Source: Albugo candida (Eukaryota). Taken from it: DNA of 64,000 bases. The stretch covers positions 1 to 64,000 of the forward strand of contig JBDOQK010000013.1 in the NCBI GenBank assembly GCA_040437565.1, in the 5' to 3' direction. Numbering within the stretch: position 1 is the stretch's first letter; each line of letters starts with the position of its first letter. A program made the translations under genes and the position numbers. The notes below the pieces were generated by a model. The model was not told the DNA's origin. It searched no databases and saw only the letters and a list, made by a program, of their open reading frames with translations. Below are positions 38,257-52,473 of this stretch, piece by piece.

Positions 38257-39961
38257 ATGCGCAAAGTGGAAATCGTATCGTGGAATGTGAATGGATTACG
38301 TGCTATTTTACAGCGTGATAAAGTCAATTTGAATGAGTTTTTGCACTCATTGCATGCCTCTATTATCTGTTTACAAGAAACAAAGCTTACACGCAGTGAA
38401 TTAGACGAGGAACTCGCGTGTCCCAAAGGTAAAGACCTTGATCAATTCTCATTCAATAAAGACGCTGACGTGATACCCACAGACTTTGACGCATTCTATT
38501 CACACTGCAGAGTACGCAATGGATACTCTGGCGTGGTTACTTTTGTTAGATCCGATGTGTCGACAATCGCTGCGGAAGAAGGTCTCACAGGAATTTGGAC
38601 CCCAAAGGATACAGTTGGTCACGTGAATATGGAGGATTCACAGGTACTCTCTGTCACGTGTGTTGAAATCCTTATAACGATTTTGGTAGAATCCATCGCA
38701 AATGCTTTTGGAGCTCGAATCCGAAGGCCGCACAGTGATCACAGATCATAAGGCTTTTATCTTGATTAATGTATACTGTCCGGNNNNNNNNNNNNNNNNN
38801 NNNNNNNNNNNNNNNNNNNNNNNNNNNNNNNNNNNNNNNNNNNNNNNNNNNNNNNNNNNNNNNNNNNNNNNNNNNNNNNNNNNCTTCCAAGAACGTGATT
38901 CTGGTGGTACGTTGTTACGACAGTGATCCGATTTTATCGCTAAAAGAAGCTGTAGGGGGATCTCAATATCGCCCGTCAGCGTATCGATCATTGTGATCCC
39001 GGAGCTTCCGAATTTGGCGAATTCGAAGCTCATCCATGCAGAAAGTGGCTCAGTCAATTAGTGTCGTCACCAGCAACTCTAGTAGATATCTTCAGAGCCT
39101 TCTATCCCGACCGGAAGAAAGCATTCACGGTGAGGAGTACCATTTGGCATCGATTCCATCCTGAGCGATTCGCAGTGTTGGAATGCAGCAACAATGGCTC
39201 GGAAAAACAATTTTGGAACCCGTATTGATTACATTCTCGTGGACGAGCGACTTCAAACATCAGTGCTCAGCTGCAGGTACTCGGTCCGTGTAACGAATCT
39301 CCATGATGGTTCATGTTTGAGAGTAGATTGGAGCCGGAACGCTTAGGCTCGGACCATTGTCCGGTTTCTATCGAGCTGGAAATATCGCTTCAGGACACGA
39401 GTTACATTCCAACACCAGCTTTAGCGTCCAAATATCATCGCGAATTTGCAGGAAAGCAGCAAAACATCCAGACTTTTCTAACCACGTCGAGTCAAAATCA
39501 AGCAGAATCGTTTATTCAGAGGCAAACATCAGCCAAAAGCATCAGTCAAAAAAGCATCAAATCTTTCTTCCAAAGTCGACAGAAACCGAGTCGATTAGAA
39601 TGTGACAGCATTTCATGGAAAAAAGACGAAATAACTCGCAAAATTGTCACGGAGACTCGAGACGAAATACCAAAGAAACGAAAACAAGACCAAACTGATT
39701 GGAAAAAGGTTCTTACAGGCCAAACATCCCCAACACCATTATGCTACTGCAATCAGCCGAGTGTGGCTCGATTGGTTGTGAAAAAGAATGAAAATTGGGG
39801 TCGTCGATTCTTTGTTTGTACTAAACCGGCCGTGCGTGCGTTTTCTATCACAATACGATTGTGCATCATTCTGATGTGATATTTGTTGACAGGGCGAACG
39901 AGGCGATCCAAACGCTCGCTGCAATTATTTCCAATGGGCGAATCGCTCTCGAAAATTGTAA
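38257..39961 (+). CDS. APEX2: AP endonuclease 2 (ExoIII family) with PIP box and C-terminal Zf-GRF, multi-exon, spans a gap
   Basis: IVSWNVNGLR, IICLQETK, GYSGV, INVYCP, GDLNIA..IDHCDP, FTCWN..GTRIDYILVD and GSDHCPV. PIP-like QKSIKSFF. Zf-GRF PLCYCNQPS..NWGRRFFVC..GERGDPNARCNYFQW. Confidence 0.95.
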
Positions 39962-40574
39962 AAAATGATTTATTTTTCAGTACATTTTTCATCCAACACT
40001 CTGATTCTACAATGCGACAATAGAAACACGTACAGCTATCGGACTACATTGCAAAAGTTGCAGTATCAAACCACTCATGCGACAGCGCTTGCTCTGCAGT
40101 GAATCGTTTTGTTGGGTCACGCTCTAACAAATGCTGCACCAAGTGTTTTGCCTGCGGACTGATTTTGTGCCATGTCGCGTCACCAAAATCGACATCTTCT
40201 TCCACGCACGCTCGAGGCGGATAAAATGGCCGGTAGCCAGTAAGCATCTCGTATATGATGATTCCGATACTCCACATGTCGACAGGCTTTCCATACGGCT
40301 GACGTTGAAGGAGCTCTGGTGCGATATACCCCGGTGTTCCAGTTACCTGTGTGAATGGCACTTTATGGACATCACCGGTCAATTTGAAAAATCGAGCGTC
40401 CGGTACTTTNNNNNNNNNNNNNNNNNNNNNNNNNNNNNNNNNNNNNNNNNNNNNNNNNNNNNNNNNNNNNNNNNNNNNNNNNNNNNNNNNNNNNNNNNNN
40501 NNNNNNNNNAGTACATTTTTCATCCAACACTCTGATTCTACAATGCGACAATAGAAACACGTACAGCTATCGGA

Positions 40575-42897
40575 CTACATTGCAAAAGTTGCAGTATCAA
40601 ACCACTCATGCGACAGCGCTTGCTCTGCAGTGAATCGTTTTGTTGGGTCACGCTCTAACAAATGCTGCACCAAGTGTTTTGCCTGCGGACTGATTTTGTG
40701 CCATGTCGCGTCACCAAAATCGACATCTTCTTCCACGCACGCTCGAGGCGGATAAAATGGCCGGTAGCCAGTAAGCATCTCGTATATGATGATTCCGATA
40801 CTCCACATGTCGACAGGCTTTCCATACGGCTGACGTTGAAGGAGCTCTGGTGCGATATACCCCGGTGTTCCAGTTACCTGTGTGAATGGCACTTTATGGA
40901 CATCACCGGTCAATTTGAAAAATCGAGCGTCCGGTACTTTAATCGATAGGCCGAAATCACACAATTCCACTTGCAAGTCGCAAATTCTCACATCTGCGTG
41001 TGGATCCAAGCAACAGTCTGATTCGAAATTGTTGATTGCTGGTTTCGAAGTGTCTCCGTCGAGCTCGTGTGTGTCTTGATTTCCGGGTTTTGGATCGGTT
41101 AATAACACGTTTTCAGGCTTCAAATCGCAATGAACGACGCCAAGATCGTGGAGAAAATAAACCGCTCGAACGATTTGTTGTGTTAATTTCGCAGCCAGAG
41201 GTTCAGTTAAGCGTCGTTTTCGTTGCATCAACGCNNNNNNNNNNNNNNNNNNNNNNNNNNNNNNNNNNNNNNNNNNNNNNNNNNNNNNNNNNNNNNNNNN
41301 NNNNNNNNNNNNNNNNNNNNNNNNNNNNNNNNNNTACCTGTGTGAATGGCACTTTATGGACATCACCGGTCAATTTGAAAAATCGAGCGTCCGGTACTTT
41401 GATCGATAGGCCGAAATCACACAATTCCACTTGCAAGTCGCAAATTCTCACATCTGCGTGAGGATCCAAGCAACAGTCTGATTCGAAATTGTTGATTGCT
41501 GGTTTCAAAGTGTCTCCATCGAGCTCGTGTGCGTCTTGATTTCCGGGTTTCGGATCGGTTAATAACACGTTTTCAGGCTTCAAATCGCAATGAACGACGC
41601 CAAGATCGTGGAGAAAATAAACCGCTCGAACGATTTGTTGTGTTAATTTCGCAGCCAGAGGTTCAGTTAAGCGTCGTTTTCGTTGCATCAACGCATTCAA
41701 ATTTCCTTTTGTGGCTTTGGCCATTACCAAATACAAAAAGTCAGTGGTTTCGTAGACTTCATATAATTGGACAATATTACGATGTCGAAGACGCAGGTGG
41801 ATTTCAATCTCACGATCGACTGCGTGTTTTGCATCTTCGGTTAAGAGATAGCGTTTATGTATCTGTTTGATTGCAACTCGGCGTCCCGTGGTACGATGAA
41901 TTGCTGGTTTGACCACTGCATACGACCCGTCACCTAATTGGTCTTGGCCACAGAGTTGATATTGTTCCGTAACAGCTTGTTCGTGAATGAAATAAGGTTT
42001 CAGTGGTCCCTGATCGTTTTCTTCTTGCTCACATTCACTATTTTCCATTGGAAGCGTTCCATTCATTTTTGAATTGGTGGGTACTCGACGTCCTACGTTA
42101 ACACCGATATTAGCTCGATATCCTTTCCTGTTAATTGCCATGATACGAATTTCCTCATCATCTATGAGTCTTCGAGCCACAAATGGATTTTGAGGAATGC
42201 GTAAGGCAGATTCTGGGTGTAACTGATGCTTTGAATCTGACCAGTGTGTCAATGTGCTATATTCTTCGTCCTCGGTATTGCTTACTGATTGTGAGGGGCC
42301 ATTTCGTGAGTTCATTTTTTCTTTCCCATGAGCGATCATCTGAGTGAACCTCTCACGAAGACAGTGTCTGAGTCCGCGATGATTGGCTCTATCCGCAAGG
42401 GTTAACGCCAATGATGTTGTGTCACTCGGTGAGTTATTAGAGCTTTCACTATCAGTACTGTGACACGAACTGGAAGAGATTGTGCGCGGCTTTGCATACT
42501 TTGGGGATTTGTTTGCTGGGAGAAGAGGAAGCAGCTCATTCGTGTTAGATCGCGTGCGGAGCTTTGGACACGACTCGGTACATCCAGTTGTGAGAGGATG
42601 ATCACTTGAAGAGTCTCTTATACTTGACGATAGTGAGTCGATATCTGAGTCACTGTACCGCCGTGCTCGTGCGACAGGGACATCCTTCATTTCAGCCGGT
42701 ACCCATACACTCTCCGGAACGTGCGTACTTTGTGCATACGAAGTGTTACGAGTCTCGACCGAGTTTGACCCCAAAACGTCCACTTCAGCGCGACATTTAC
42801 CGAGACGATGAAGCGGATCGTAGTATCCCGGTAATGTGTGGAACGTGCCAGTTAACGGATTGTGACGCAGCTTTTTTAATTCCTCCAACTCACACAT
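40575..42897 (-). CDS. Ser/Thr protein kinase, CAMK group (one gene, partly duplicated by the assembly; extra 3' copy at 40044-40409)
   Basis: [38 protein letters not shown] and DMWSIG after a long Ser-rich N-terminus. The copies flanking gaps 40410-40509 and 41235-41334 overlap. Confidence 0.93.
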
Positions 42898-44011
42898 ATT
42901 GACAATATCGGCAGAAAAGTATACAGCCCCACGATTTCCTGCGCTATAAAAAAGACAGCGCCTATTTAGCTATGGGATACGACTTGCTAGCAGAAGAAGC
43001 GTACCTTGGTGCATGATGGAACGTACCGACGTACGGGTTATACGGTGGGAGTCGTGCGAAGACGGGTACAGCGAACGCGACTTTTGTGTTCATGATCGCT
43101 GTAAAATACTGCACGAAAATGTCGCTTTGAGTGAGAGGCGTTTGTGTACTGGATTTATGTGAGTCGATAAATTATATAGACAAAGACAAACGCTGTGGAA
43201 TAGAGTCCAAGGTGAAAAGCCAGTAACTCACAATCTGGTTGTGACGTGGAAATTTTAGGCGAATATTTAGGTAATATTTCCTAATACCGAAAGTCAAACG
43301 TGACTCAAGGTATCAGTCGCGGTTACTACACTACGGTTTGAGGCAAAATCGTTTAGCAATACGCATCGAGCACTCTGGGACATCAAAAAGATGCGATCAA
43401 AACCGAGATCCACGACTGGGCACTCACCTGTCCACAGAATTCCGTTACCCTTCTTTCGACCTGTCAAATATAATTCAACTATTCTTCCAATTATAGGTAT
43501 ATGTTGCTCTATTTTAAATTAGTAACATTTCATGGCTGCAGCGCTTGACTGTCTGACTTTTTTAAAAAGTATGAACGCGATCAGCGGGATTTTTATTGCA
43601 CTTCTAACAAAAGTGTTTGCTACTGCGCATGTCAGAAAACGCTTGAAGAAGCTACACGGCAACTGAGTTCAATTCAAAGACCCAATGAGAGCACGTATAA
43701 ATGACACCCTGATGATGCTTTTGACAATATCCAATCAGAATCGAGTATTGTATTTTTTTAGAAAACTAGAAATACCCAAATGTCGCAAGTTTGGAAAAAG
43801 TGTCGCAGCAAAAATGCTCAAATTTTGGAGCCTAACCAAACCACTGTCAACTCACTGTACTACAGTAAGTCACAACTCCCAACCCCCGTTTTGATTTAAT
43901 CGAGACGCGTTACATCTTGCGGCCAACAAAGACGAGCATTTAGCTGTTCCTCAAAGCCTCGTATCCTGCAATGTCTGCACGATAGGGAATTCAACTAACA
44001 TCAATTGCACA

Positions 44012-47000
44012 ATGAGCACAGCGTTATCCGACATTCTAGCCGATATTGAAAATGGACAATTAAGAGATGTAAATCTCGTCCGTGATGCGCCCAAAAAAAT
44101 GGACGATCTCCTGAAATTATTATGTGATATTATATGTCAAGTGGCACCGAACTACGACTTGAAATTATTTGATTTGTTGCGTCAAAGCATCAAACTATAC
44201 GTGCAGAATTGGACGTATACGTGTCACTGTACACATCCGAAAACCGTTTACTCTTCGTTTTTTTCGACTGAATCCGTAAATTTACTGCATCGATCGCAAT
44301 TAAATTCCATCCATGAACGTATAAAGTTGTACAGGGCACAAACGCACACAACAACGTCCACTATCTGTATACCTGATACCGAAAACAGCATACTCAAAAC
44401 CGTATTAGATACCGTCAATACCTTGAACAGGAACGGTATCACCAATATTGCAATAATGGACCAATTAATTGCTCATCTCCATGAGCTCTTCTCGCTCTCT
44501 GTCAATACTTTCCAAGTCATTCAACTCTTTGAAGCTGTCCGCACAAGTCGATCACCTCCTCGAAGCTCTCTCCTCGATATGATCTCCAGTCTATTCCGGT
44601 CGACGTATGAGCCTCGTGGAATTTTTATTATGAGAGGGCCACACACGGGAATTCTCGTATCGATACAATTGGACCCGCCGTTGAATCTCAAGAAAGGCTA
44701 CTCATTCAGCGTCACACTCAAGTCAATTGAGGCAGAAATAGTACCAATTATCACAATTCTTGGAATTCATGGCCAAGGGCTTACAGTTTATATTGACAAG
44801 AATGAGTTTGTGGTGCAATGTATCGGGAATTCTGAATCCTTTTTCCAACAACAACAGCTGCGAATCCCATTCGAAGCAGTAAGGAAACGATTGAACACTT
44901 TATGGACGCAATTGTGCATTGTGCACGCTCGAAGTATTCTTTATAAAGATAAATGGACGCTTTACGTCGATGGAAAAGTACTCTTTTCTGGAAATTTGTC
45001 ATATTTTGATCCAATGTGCTCATCCAAGAATCTATTTTGTATTGGAATCGCGCTTCAATCGACCACCATCCACCGCTTCCAAGGTCAGATGTGCAATCCG
45101 ACTCTCTTTGACCAAGCTTTGGTCGACCTTGAAGTAGAGAAATTACACAATCCCAACACCGAAAGCGACGCATTCAACGCGGAATTCTTATCTTCGCATC
45201 AGCTTTTCAGCTTTGATGCGCGATATTCCGACATCAAACATCGTATTACTTTCGACACGAACGGAGCTGAATGTGTCGGTATTCTAGAGCCCAATACACA
45301 TCCAATCATAAGAAATAGCGTGAATCAAGCGATGGACGGAATCGGTGGATGCGCGACCTTCTTACTCCTCCTACTCGATCAAAATCCAATGGTTACTTTC
45401 TCAGCCGAAGAAATTGGAAAATTGCTTGAAGCAGTTTCCATCGGAATTGACAGCAATCCTGCCAGTCGATGGAATTTCATCCGAGCAAATGGTGTTGAGG
45501 TGCTGGCAATCGTATTAGAATCCATTCCACATGCGTGTCTTACTCGTTCGATTCTGCAAAGTGTGTGCAGCATATTGGGCTCACTATCGGCAGTATCGAC
45601 GGAAGCTCAAATGGCGTGTTACGTGTATCAGACATTTTTTGCCAAAACGTTTTGGTTTGAGTCGCCTTTGGAGACGCAAAAGTTGTTATTTGGGGAGAAA
45701 ATATCAAAATATATTGAAAGTATTCGAATTTGGCGTTTACAACGACTGCTTCCTATTCATTCTGACTCCAAAGAAGCGGATGCAACTCTCACTGTGAATA
45801 CGACCTTTTTCTGCACATTGTTGGAGGAAATGTACTGCTCACAGTCGCTCAATGCAAATGAAGAAGAACGCTCTATTTTGCGGAAACTTGTCATCAATCA
45901 TGTGATTGATAGACTCTTATTTCCAAAGAATTGCGTTGGTGACAGTGAAGAATGGAAACAACTTTTGGCTTATATTTGCTCTGTTTCACGCGCACAATCT
46001 CCAAAATCTGTTGTGGTCGAGGAATTGCTCCAATACGTTGCCAATTGTCTCCATTCCTTGGAGCCAAACAGCGGATCGCGTCAGACGTTATACGCCAACA
46101 TACTGAGAATATCGAAAGGAACGTTGCGACTTTGGTGGCAGCCATTGCTGTGCACACTCTCAAGTGTTCGATACAACGCATTGTGCGTTTTGGAAGCATA
46201 CGCTTTCGAGAAAGTGATGTTTCATCGACGAGATGCACTGATGCTTCACTCTGCTCTTTCATTAAGACCCCTGGATGTAGCGTCGATGGAAATCGTTTTG
46301 GATATCGTATTGGGACGTCGAAAACGCATACAAAATCACACTCGGACGACCCGTACCGTGCAAGCAACGCGTATTGATATGATTCCTCATGTGTTAGTGG
46401 CAATATGCTCGCAAATCGATGTCCATCTTCAGGCGTTCGTATTACTGGAAATTCTGGATGTCATAGAAGCCGATGGTGTCAAAGAAGCGATCCGATCGTG
46501 GCCTCAATGGCTTTCTCGCTTACTTGCTCTCATGCGCTTGGAGGAAGTCAACAACACTTTGATCAAAAGAACCGATGAAAGTGTGCGATTATGCTATCTT
46601 CTCGGTGATACATCAACATCGACATCCGATACATTGGATGCGATACAAAGACTATATAGCTCTGGTAATCAATTGGACGCAAGAATTGTGATCGAGTCCG
46701 CATTCGATGCACACTACGCTTTCGATATTGGCCGGGCTTTCTTAAAGCTAGCAATCGGTCTATGTCCAGACATGTGTCGCTATATTGTGCGTAAATTGGC
46801 ATTTCGAATGATAATTGACGTCTCTACGCATGCGCTTGTCTACGCGGAACACGGTTGGCGTGTCGCACTTGAGTTATATTTCCATCATCATGACGACATA
46901 TCGATGATTTCCACCATACTCATTGCGTGTTTCGAGAAGCTGACACCGCAATTGCGAATTATTCGAACAAATGAGACAAATGTTTGGGGAAATATGACAC

Positions 47001-50000
47001 AATTTGCAGCAATTATCACGCACATTTATCTCTATTTCTCGACGAAAAGCTCCGATTCCGAGCTGTTACGCCATGCTGCCTCCATGTGGAGCCTGGTTCT
47101 TCCTCATATCGCCTCACTGAATTGGAATCAGCTGAATGCGTCGATGGTATCGAGCTTGGATGAATCAAAGAATACTATCTCATCTCTACTTGTTGCGAAT
47201 TTGTCTCAATCGCGATCTCTCGCACTTCAAATTTGGACGCAATATATCGCATTGGATCCAAACCATTGCGATGCAAAAGCCTTTCAAACGCCTTTGGAAC
47301 AATTGCGAGTATTAGAGCCAGATTGTTGCGCGTACAATTGGCTTCCTACTCGATCCATCGATCTTTATATCTTCCTCGTGGACGTGTGTTTCGACATTCT
47401 CACTCAAGAAAACGCTCTTCACGTGTCGACGCGTCAGTGTATTTCTCAAGTAATCGTTAAGATCGCTCGTACAGCGCTAAAGAGCAAATACTTTGACGAT
47501 TTGACAGAAGTGACACTGATCAAAGCTTTCCAAATCATTGCATCGACCGACTTGAGCTTTTTCAAAAACAGCAGCGAATTGGATGAGCTTCAGGGACTTT
47601 GGAAATGGCAACTCGATCAAAATAAAGGGCAAGTCGATACTGCCAAAAACAGCGTGTCACGCGGATTTTCGAATCAGAATGCAGGTTTCCAGACGTCCTG
47701 GGCATCCTTCATCTCGAATCACGCTGGTGGAGAATTCAATCCCTTTATTGTGCAAAAGGATGTGACACTGCGGGCGTCTATTCTGTCTGATGAGATGACG
47801 GCGTGTGAAGCTCTATGGACGGATTTGGCGTCCTGGGAAGCCTCTTTTAGTGAAAAAATGACCCAAAAGCGCAATGCGTATGAATTGAGTCATTTGCTCT
47901 CTTCAAAGTGTGCAGCGGAGAGGTTTCGCAGTAGGACCCGAAAGCTCATGACATTGACTGGTCAGCAACCCAACGAATTTGGACGATTTGTATACAAACT
48001 TGGCAGACGAGAAACGCGATTTCGCATTCGTTTGGTGAAGAAAGTGGTGGAAGCGTGTCGTGTACCCGCATTGAGTCGGGAATGCGATTTGGAGAGTCTG
48101 AGCGATAGTACTGGTCATCTGCCGCGATATCGTGTGTCGCTGGATCGTCGATCGAGTCAGGAGAATGAAGGAGGATGGAGAAGTGAGACGGGATCGGAAT
48201 ACGATTTGTTTGCGGATGCTCATATGCGTGCTGCGATATTAAAGTCGTCCATCGGAAAAGAGCAACAAGAACAAGCATTTGAAGATTTCTCATCCGAGGA
48301 TGAAGACGAATTAGCTGAGCACAACTCTGTAGTGAAGCCAAACGGCCCGATCGAAGGACAAGGAATGAAACAGGAAGCAGCTGATCGAGTAAACCAGACG
48401 CTAGGCACCTCATCTTTTGGAGCGTCTGTCATGAATCTTGTGGGTGGCGTGGCGGAAAGAGTACAACAAGCGGCCAGAGATGCAAAAGAAGTGGTTGACT
48501 TTCAAGTGGATGCTCTGTACACTGCTCGAGATGTCATATCTGATGAAGCACATTCCGTGTTCCAAGAAGTGTCGACGATGATAGACAATGCGACTTCGCC
48601 TAAAGCGGCTCACGCTCGAGACGGTGACAAAGACTTGAAGCATGAGTCTACGTTTGTGCCGACGACACTCAAGCAAGAGTACCGAGTGGATGCGAACTTG
48701 ATTCATCACATGCAAATCATTCAAGGCGAATTGGTTCTTACAGCTTCCAGGCTGCATTTTCGTCCCTCTTGTGTGATGGACGAGCAAGGGAATGTTATTG
48801 CCGAAAAAGGAGCGGTAGAATGGCGCTTTCTATTGAAACATCGGCGATGGAAAGTCGACGATATTGTCACATTGTATCGACGGCGATACCTTTTGAAAGC
48901 AAATGCGATCGAGCTTTTCATTTCTTCCAGTCGAAAAAATTACTTTTTTACGCTCGCAATGAATCGAATTGTGCCATTTTTTGAAGCGCTGATGGCTCGT
49001 CGTCCTCTTCTTCTTCGCAAAAGCCCAATGATGCGACGACTTCGTCTTCCAAGCAGTCTTTTTCGCAACTCAAATATGACATTTCGATGGACGCAACACG
49101 AGGTCTCGACGTTTGAATACCTAATGTGGCTCAACACTGTCGCTGGAAGAACGTACAATGATCTCACACAATATCCANNNNNNNNNNNNNNNNNNNNNNN
49201 NNNNNNNNNNNNNNNNNNNNNNNNNNNNNNNNNNNNNNNNNNNNNNNNNNNNNNNNNNNNNNNNNNNNNNNNNNNNNTTTCTATTGAAACATCGGCGATG
49301 GAAAGTCGACGATATTGTCACATTGTATCGACGGCGATACCTTTTGAAAGCAAATGCGATCGAGCTTTTCATTTCTTCCAGTCGAAAAAATTACTTTTTT
49401 ACGCTCGCAATGAATCGAATTGTGCCATTTTTTGAAGCGCTGATGGCTCGTCGTCCTCTTCTTCTTCGCAAAAGCCCAATGATGCGACGACTTCGTCTTC
49501 CAAGCAGTCTTTTTCGCAACTCAAATATGACATTTCGATGGACGCAACACGAGGTCTCGACGTTTGAATACCTAATGTGGCTCAACACTGTCGCTGGAAG
49601 AACGTACAATGATCTCACACAATATCCAATCTTCCCGTGGATCCTCTCGGACTATGACTCTAAAACGCTGGATCTCTCAAGAAGCTCCAGTTTTCGCGAT
49701 TTGGCGAAACCGATGGGAGCACTTGATCCCGATCGTTTGGCTTTTTTCCTCGACCGATGTGCCGGATTCGAAGACCCCGACATTCCCAAGTTCTTGTATG
49801 TGTCCTGATCGTCGTACTATGATTATAAATTGACGTGCTGATTGTAGATACGGCTCACATTACTCCAATATTGGCGCTGTTTTATATTACCTCATCCGAC
49901 TGGAACCATTTACGTCGTTTGCTCGTAGCTTTCAAGGCGGAAAATTCGATCACGCAGACCGAATGTTCCATTCAATTCCTGAATCATGGCGAAATTGCCT

Positions 50001-51653
50001 TACCGATCCCGTCGACCTGAAAGAACTCACACCGGAATGGTTTTATTTGCCGGAATTTCTTGTCAATTGCAATGATTGCGACTTTGGAGTGCGTCAAAAT
50101 GGCGTCCATGTTGGTGATGTCGTACTCCCAGCATGGGCAGCCTCACCTGAGGACTTTATTGCCAAGAACTATGCGGTACCCATATCACTCAGCTACGTCT
50201 TGGATCTACGTCTAAGATTGTTTTTCTGTTGTTGTAGGCTCTTGAGAGCGAGTATGTATCTCAGCATCTTCATCATTGGATCGATTTGATTTTCGGCTAC
50301 AAGCAGAGAGGAGCCGCAGCAAAAGCAGCAAATAATGTATTCTTCTATCTGACGTATGAGGGAATGGTCGATGTGGATTCGATAGCAGATGCTGTGATAC
50401 GAGCATCCATGCGGGCACAAATTGCACACTTTGGACAAACACCGAGTCAATTGCTTCGAGAACCTCATCCTTTGAGATTGAGAATTTCAGAAGAAATGAC
50501 TACAAAGCCTCAAGCCAGTGATACGTGTCGAATGACTGTATTGCGGGTACCTCATAATGCGGCAATACGTTATATCCGGGTCACGCAGTCGGCTGTATTG
50601 TGTATGGATGATCATGCCTGTGTGTCCTGTCATCGCGTTATCGGCAAACACGCTCAGAAATTTCAGCAAACATCTTTTTTTCAGGAAGGTCCTTCCAAAT
50701 TGTCCAGTCCAACCGCTCGATTGCCCGATAGAGAGCCCAATATGCTTCTCAGTCGTGAGTTTATGGAACTGTATGACCGTAAAAGTCACAAGATCATCGT
50801 CCGGCCTCAAGGTATTCCCTTACCAAGAAATATGGCATTTCTCAATGGAAACACTGTCTTCTGTACGGGTGGTCACCATGATTTCTCTGCTCGATTCTAT
50901 TCGACAGCAGACGGATCTCTGCTAACTCGTCTGCTTCAGCATCAGTCTGTAGTACAATGTGTGGCAACAAATGCATCAGGAACGCTGCTCATTCTCGGTT
51001 GCCAGGATGGGACCATGTCTGTGTGGAAGACGACGGAGCCAACATCCACGCGATTGGAAGCAGTCAAGATGTTTCGCAGCGGTAAAGGAAGACCCGTACA
51101 TGCAAAAGATTACGCAGCAGACCAAGTCTTACTAGGCCATACTGCTCCCATTACGAGCATTGCCGTTCTGAAAGATGCGGCTATTTGTATCAGCGGGTCA
51201 GCGAATAATGTCTGTCTATCCCACCATATATGGAATGGCTCCATTTTACAAGAATATAATGTGCCCGGCCACCAAAGCCCAGGAATCCTCTCCCTTGCGA
51301 TCTCGGAATTGGGACATTTTGTGGTTCAATCGCTCGGCACTGGTGTGCCAATGCTATACACATTTCATTGGAATGGCTCGATGATCGCGTCCTTGGATCT
51401 TCAAAACTCAGTCATGGACAATGTGGACATTTGTGCGCGTTATGCCAAAGTAATTATAAGTAATTCCAGGGAGGCTAAGATGCTTACGGTGTACACGCTT
51501 GAAGACCTCGTGAATATACCTCTGCCCAAGTGTCACGGAGACATTAGCGCGCAGGCACTTTCACCCGATCAAACACATGTCATATTCGGAACAGCTCAAT
51601 CGAAACTGATCATCATTCCCCTTTTTTACGCAAGTCTATTTGAAAATGTATAG
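44012..51653 (+). CDS. Large BEACH-domain protein (ConA-like, PH, BEACH, WD40; neurobeachin/LRBA-like)
   Basis: PH (RRYLLKANAIELF), BEACH (STFEYLMWLNTVAGRTYNDLTQYPIFPW; YGSHYS; GGKFDHADRMF; KELTPEWFY; WIDLIFGYKQRG..FGQTPSQL) and C-terminal WD40s. Introns near 49796-49848 and 50176-50237. 48827-49177 is duplicated across a gap. Confidence 0.96.
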
Positions 51654-52473
51654 CAGGATGTATACTATTAACAACAATTTTACTATAAGACGTCAATTCG
51701 ACTGATTGTTATTACTGACTATGGCTCTAAAGGACGAGCATCACATCTGCAAAAGTATGTCTGTAGCTCTCTCGCAAGCCTCTCGAATACTTTTCTATAC
51801 AACACTTGAACTTACTATCTCATGTGACGTCTTTCGCCGTTATATGGGTCGATCGTGATACAGCTCAAATATCGTCCATCATGGCCGATGTGTAGCTTTA
51901 GAAATAATAGTATTGGAGGCTTACCTTCGTCATCCAATTCGACGAAAACGCAGAAAGAGTGACGAAACTGCAAATGTTAAATCACAAGGAATACAAGGCC
52001 TAGAGTTGATGGCGCAAAGTCGATGACACGTTGCGCCGAGAAAAAAGTAAAACTTATTCGATGCGAATCCCAAACATCTTAAAGCGTATGCAAAAGACTT
52101 GGACCTTCTGATTGCNNNNNNNNNNNNNNNNNNNNNNNNNNNNNNNNNNNNNNNNNNNNNNNNNNNNNNNNNNNNNNNNNNNNNNNNNNNNNNNNNNNNN
52201 NNNNNNNNNNNNNNNGATGCGAATCCCAAACATTTTAGAGCGTATGCAAAAGACTTGGACCTTCTGATTGCTAGCACCTTGATTGGATCATGCCTGACCG
52301 TATGAAAGCAAGTAGTTTGCCAAATATAAAGAGACTTGACCGTTCTGACTGATATTTTACAATTTGGTTGTTTGCTCTCGCTCAAAGTTATTCACCACTC
52401 GAGTTTGATGTATAAATTCTTGGCAGCTTCTGTGTACTCTTGTCCAGGAACTGCGCGTCCTGCGTATAATCGG

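Noticed and set aside
39979-41692. Cluster of three tandem kinase genes
   Set aside because: Overlapping pieces of one gene separated by 100-N gaps.
48827-49627. Duplicated PH-BEACH module or frameshift in the BEACH gene
   Set aside because: Exact duplication across a gap; the frameshift comes from the arbitrary 100-N spacer.
52060-52271. Short direct repeat with two substitutions
   Set aside because: Flanks a gap; most likely allelic overlap.
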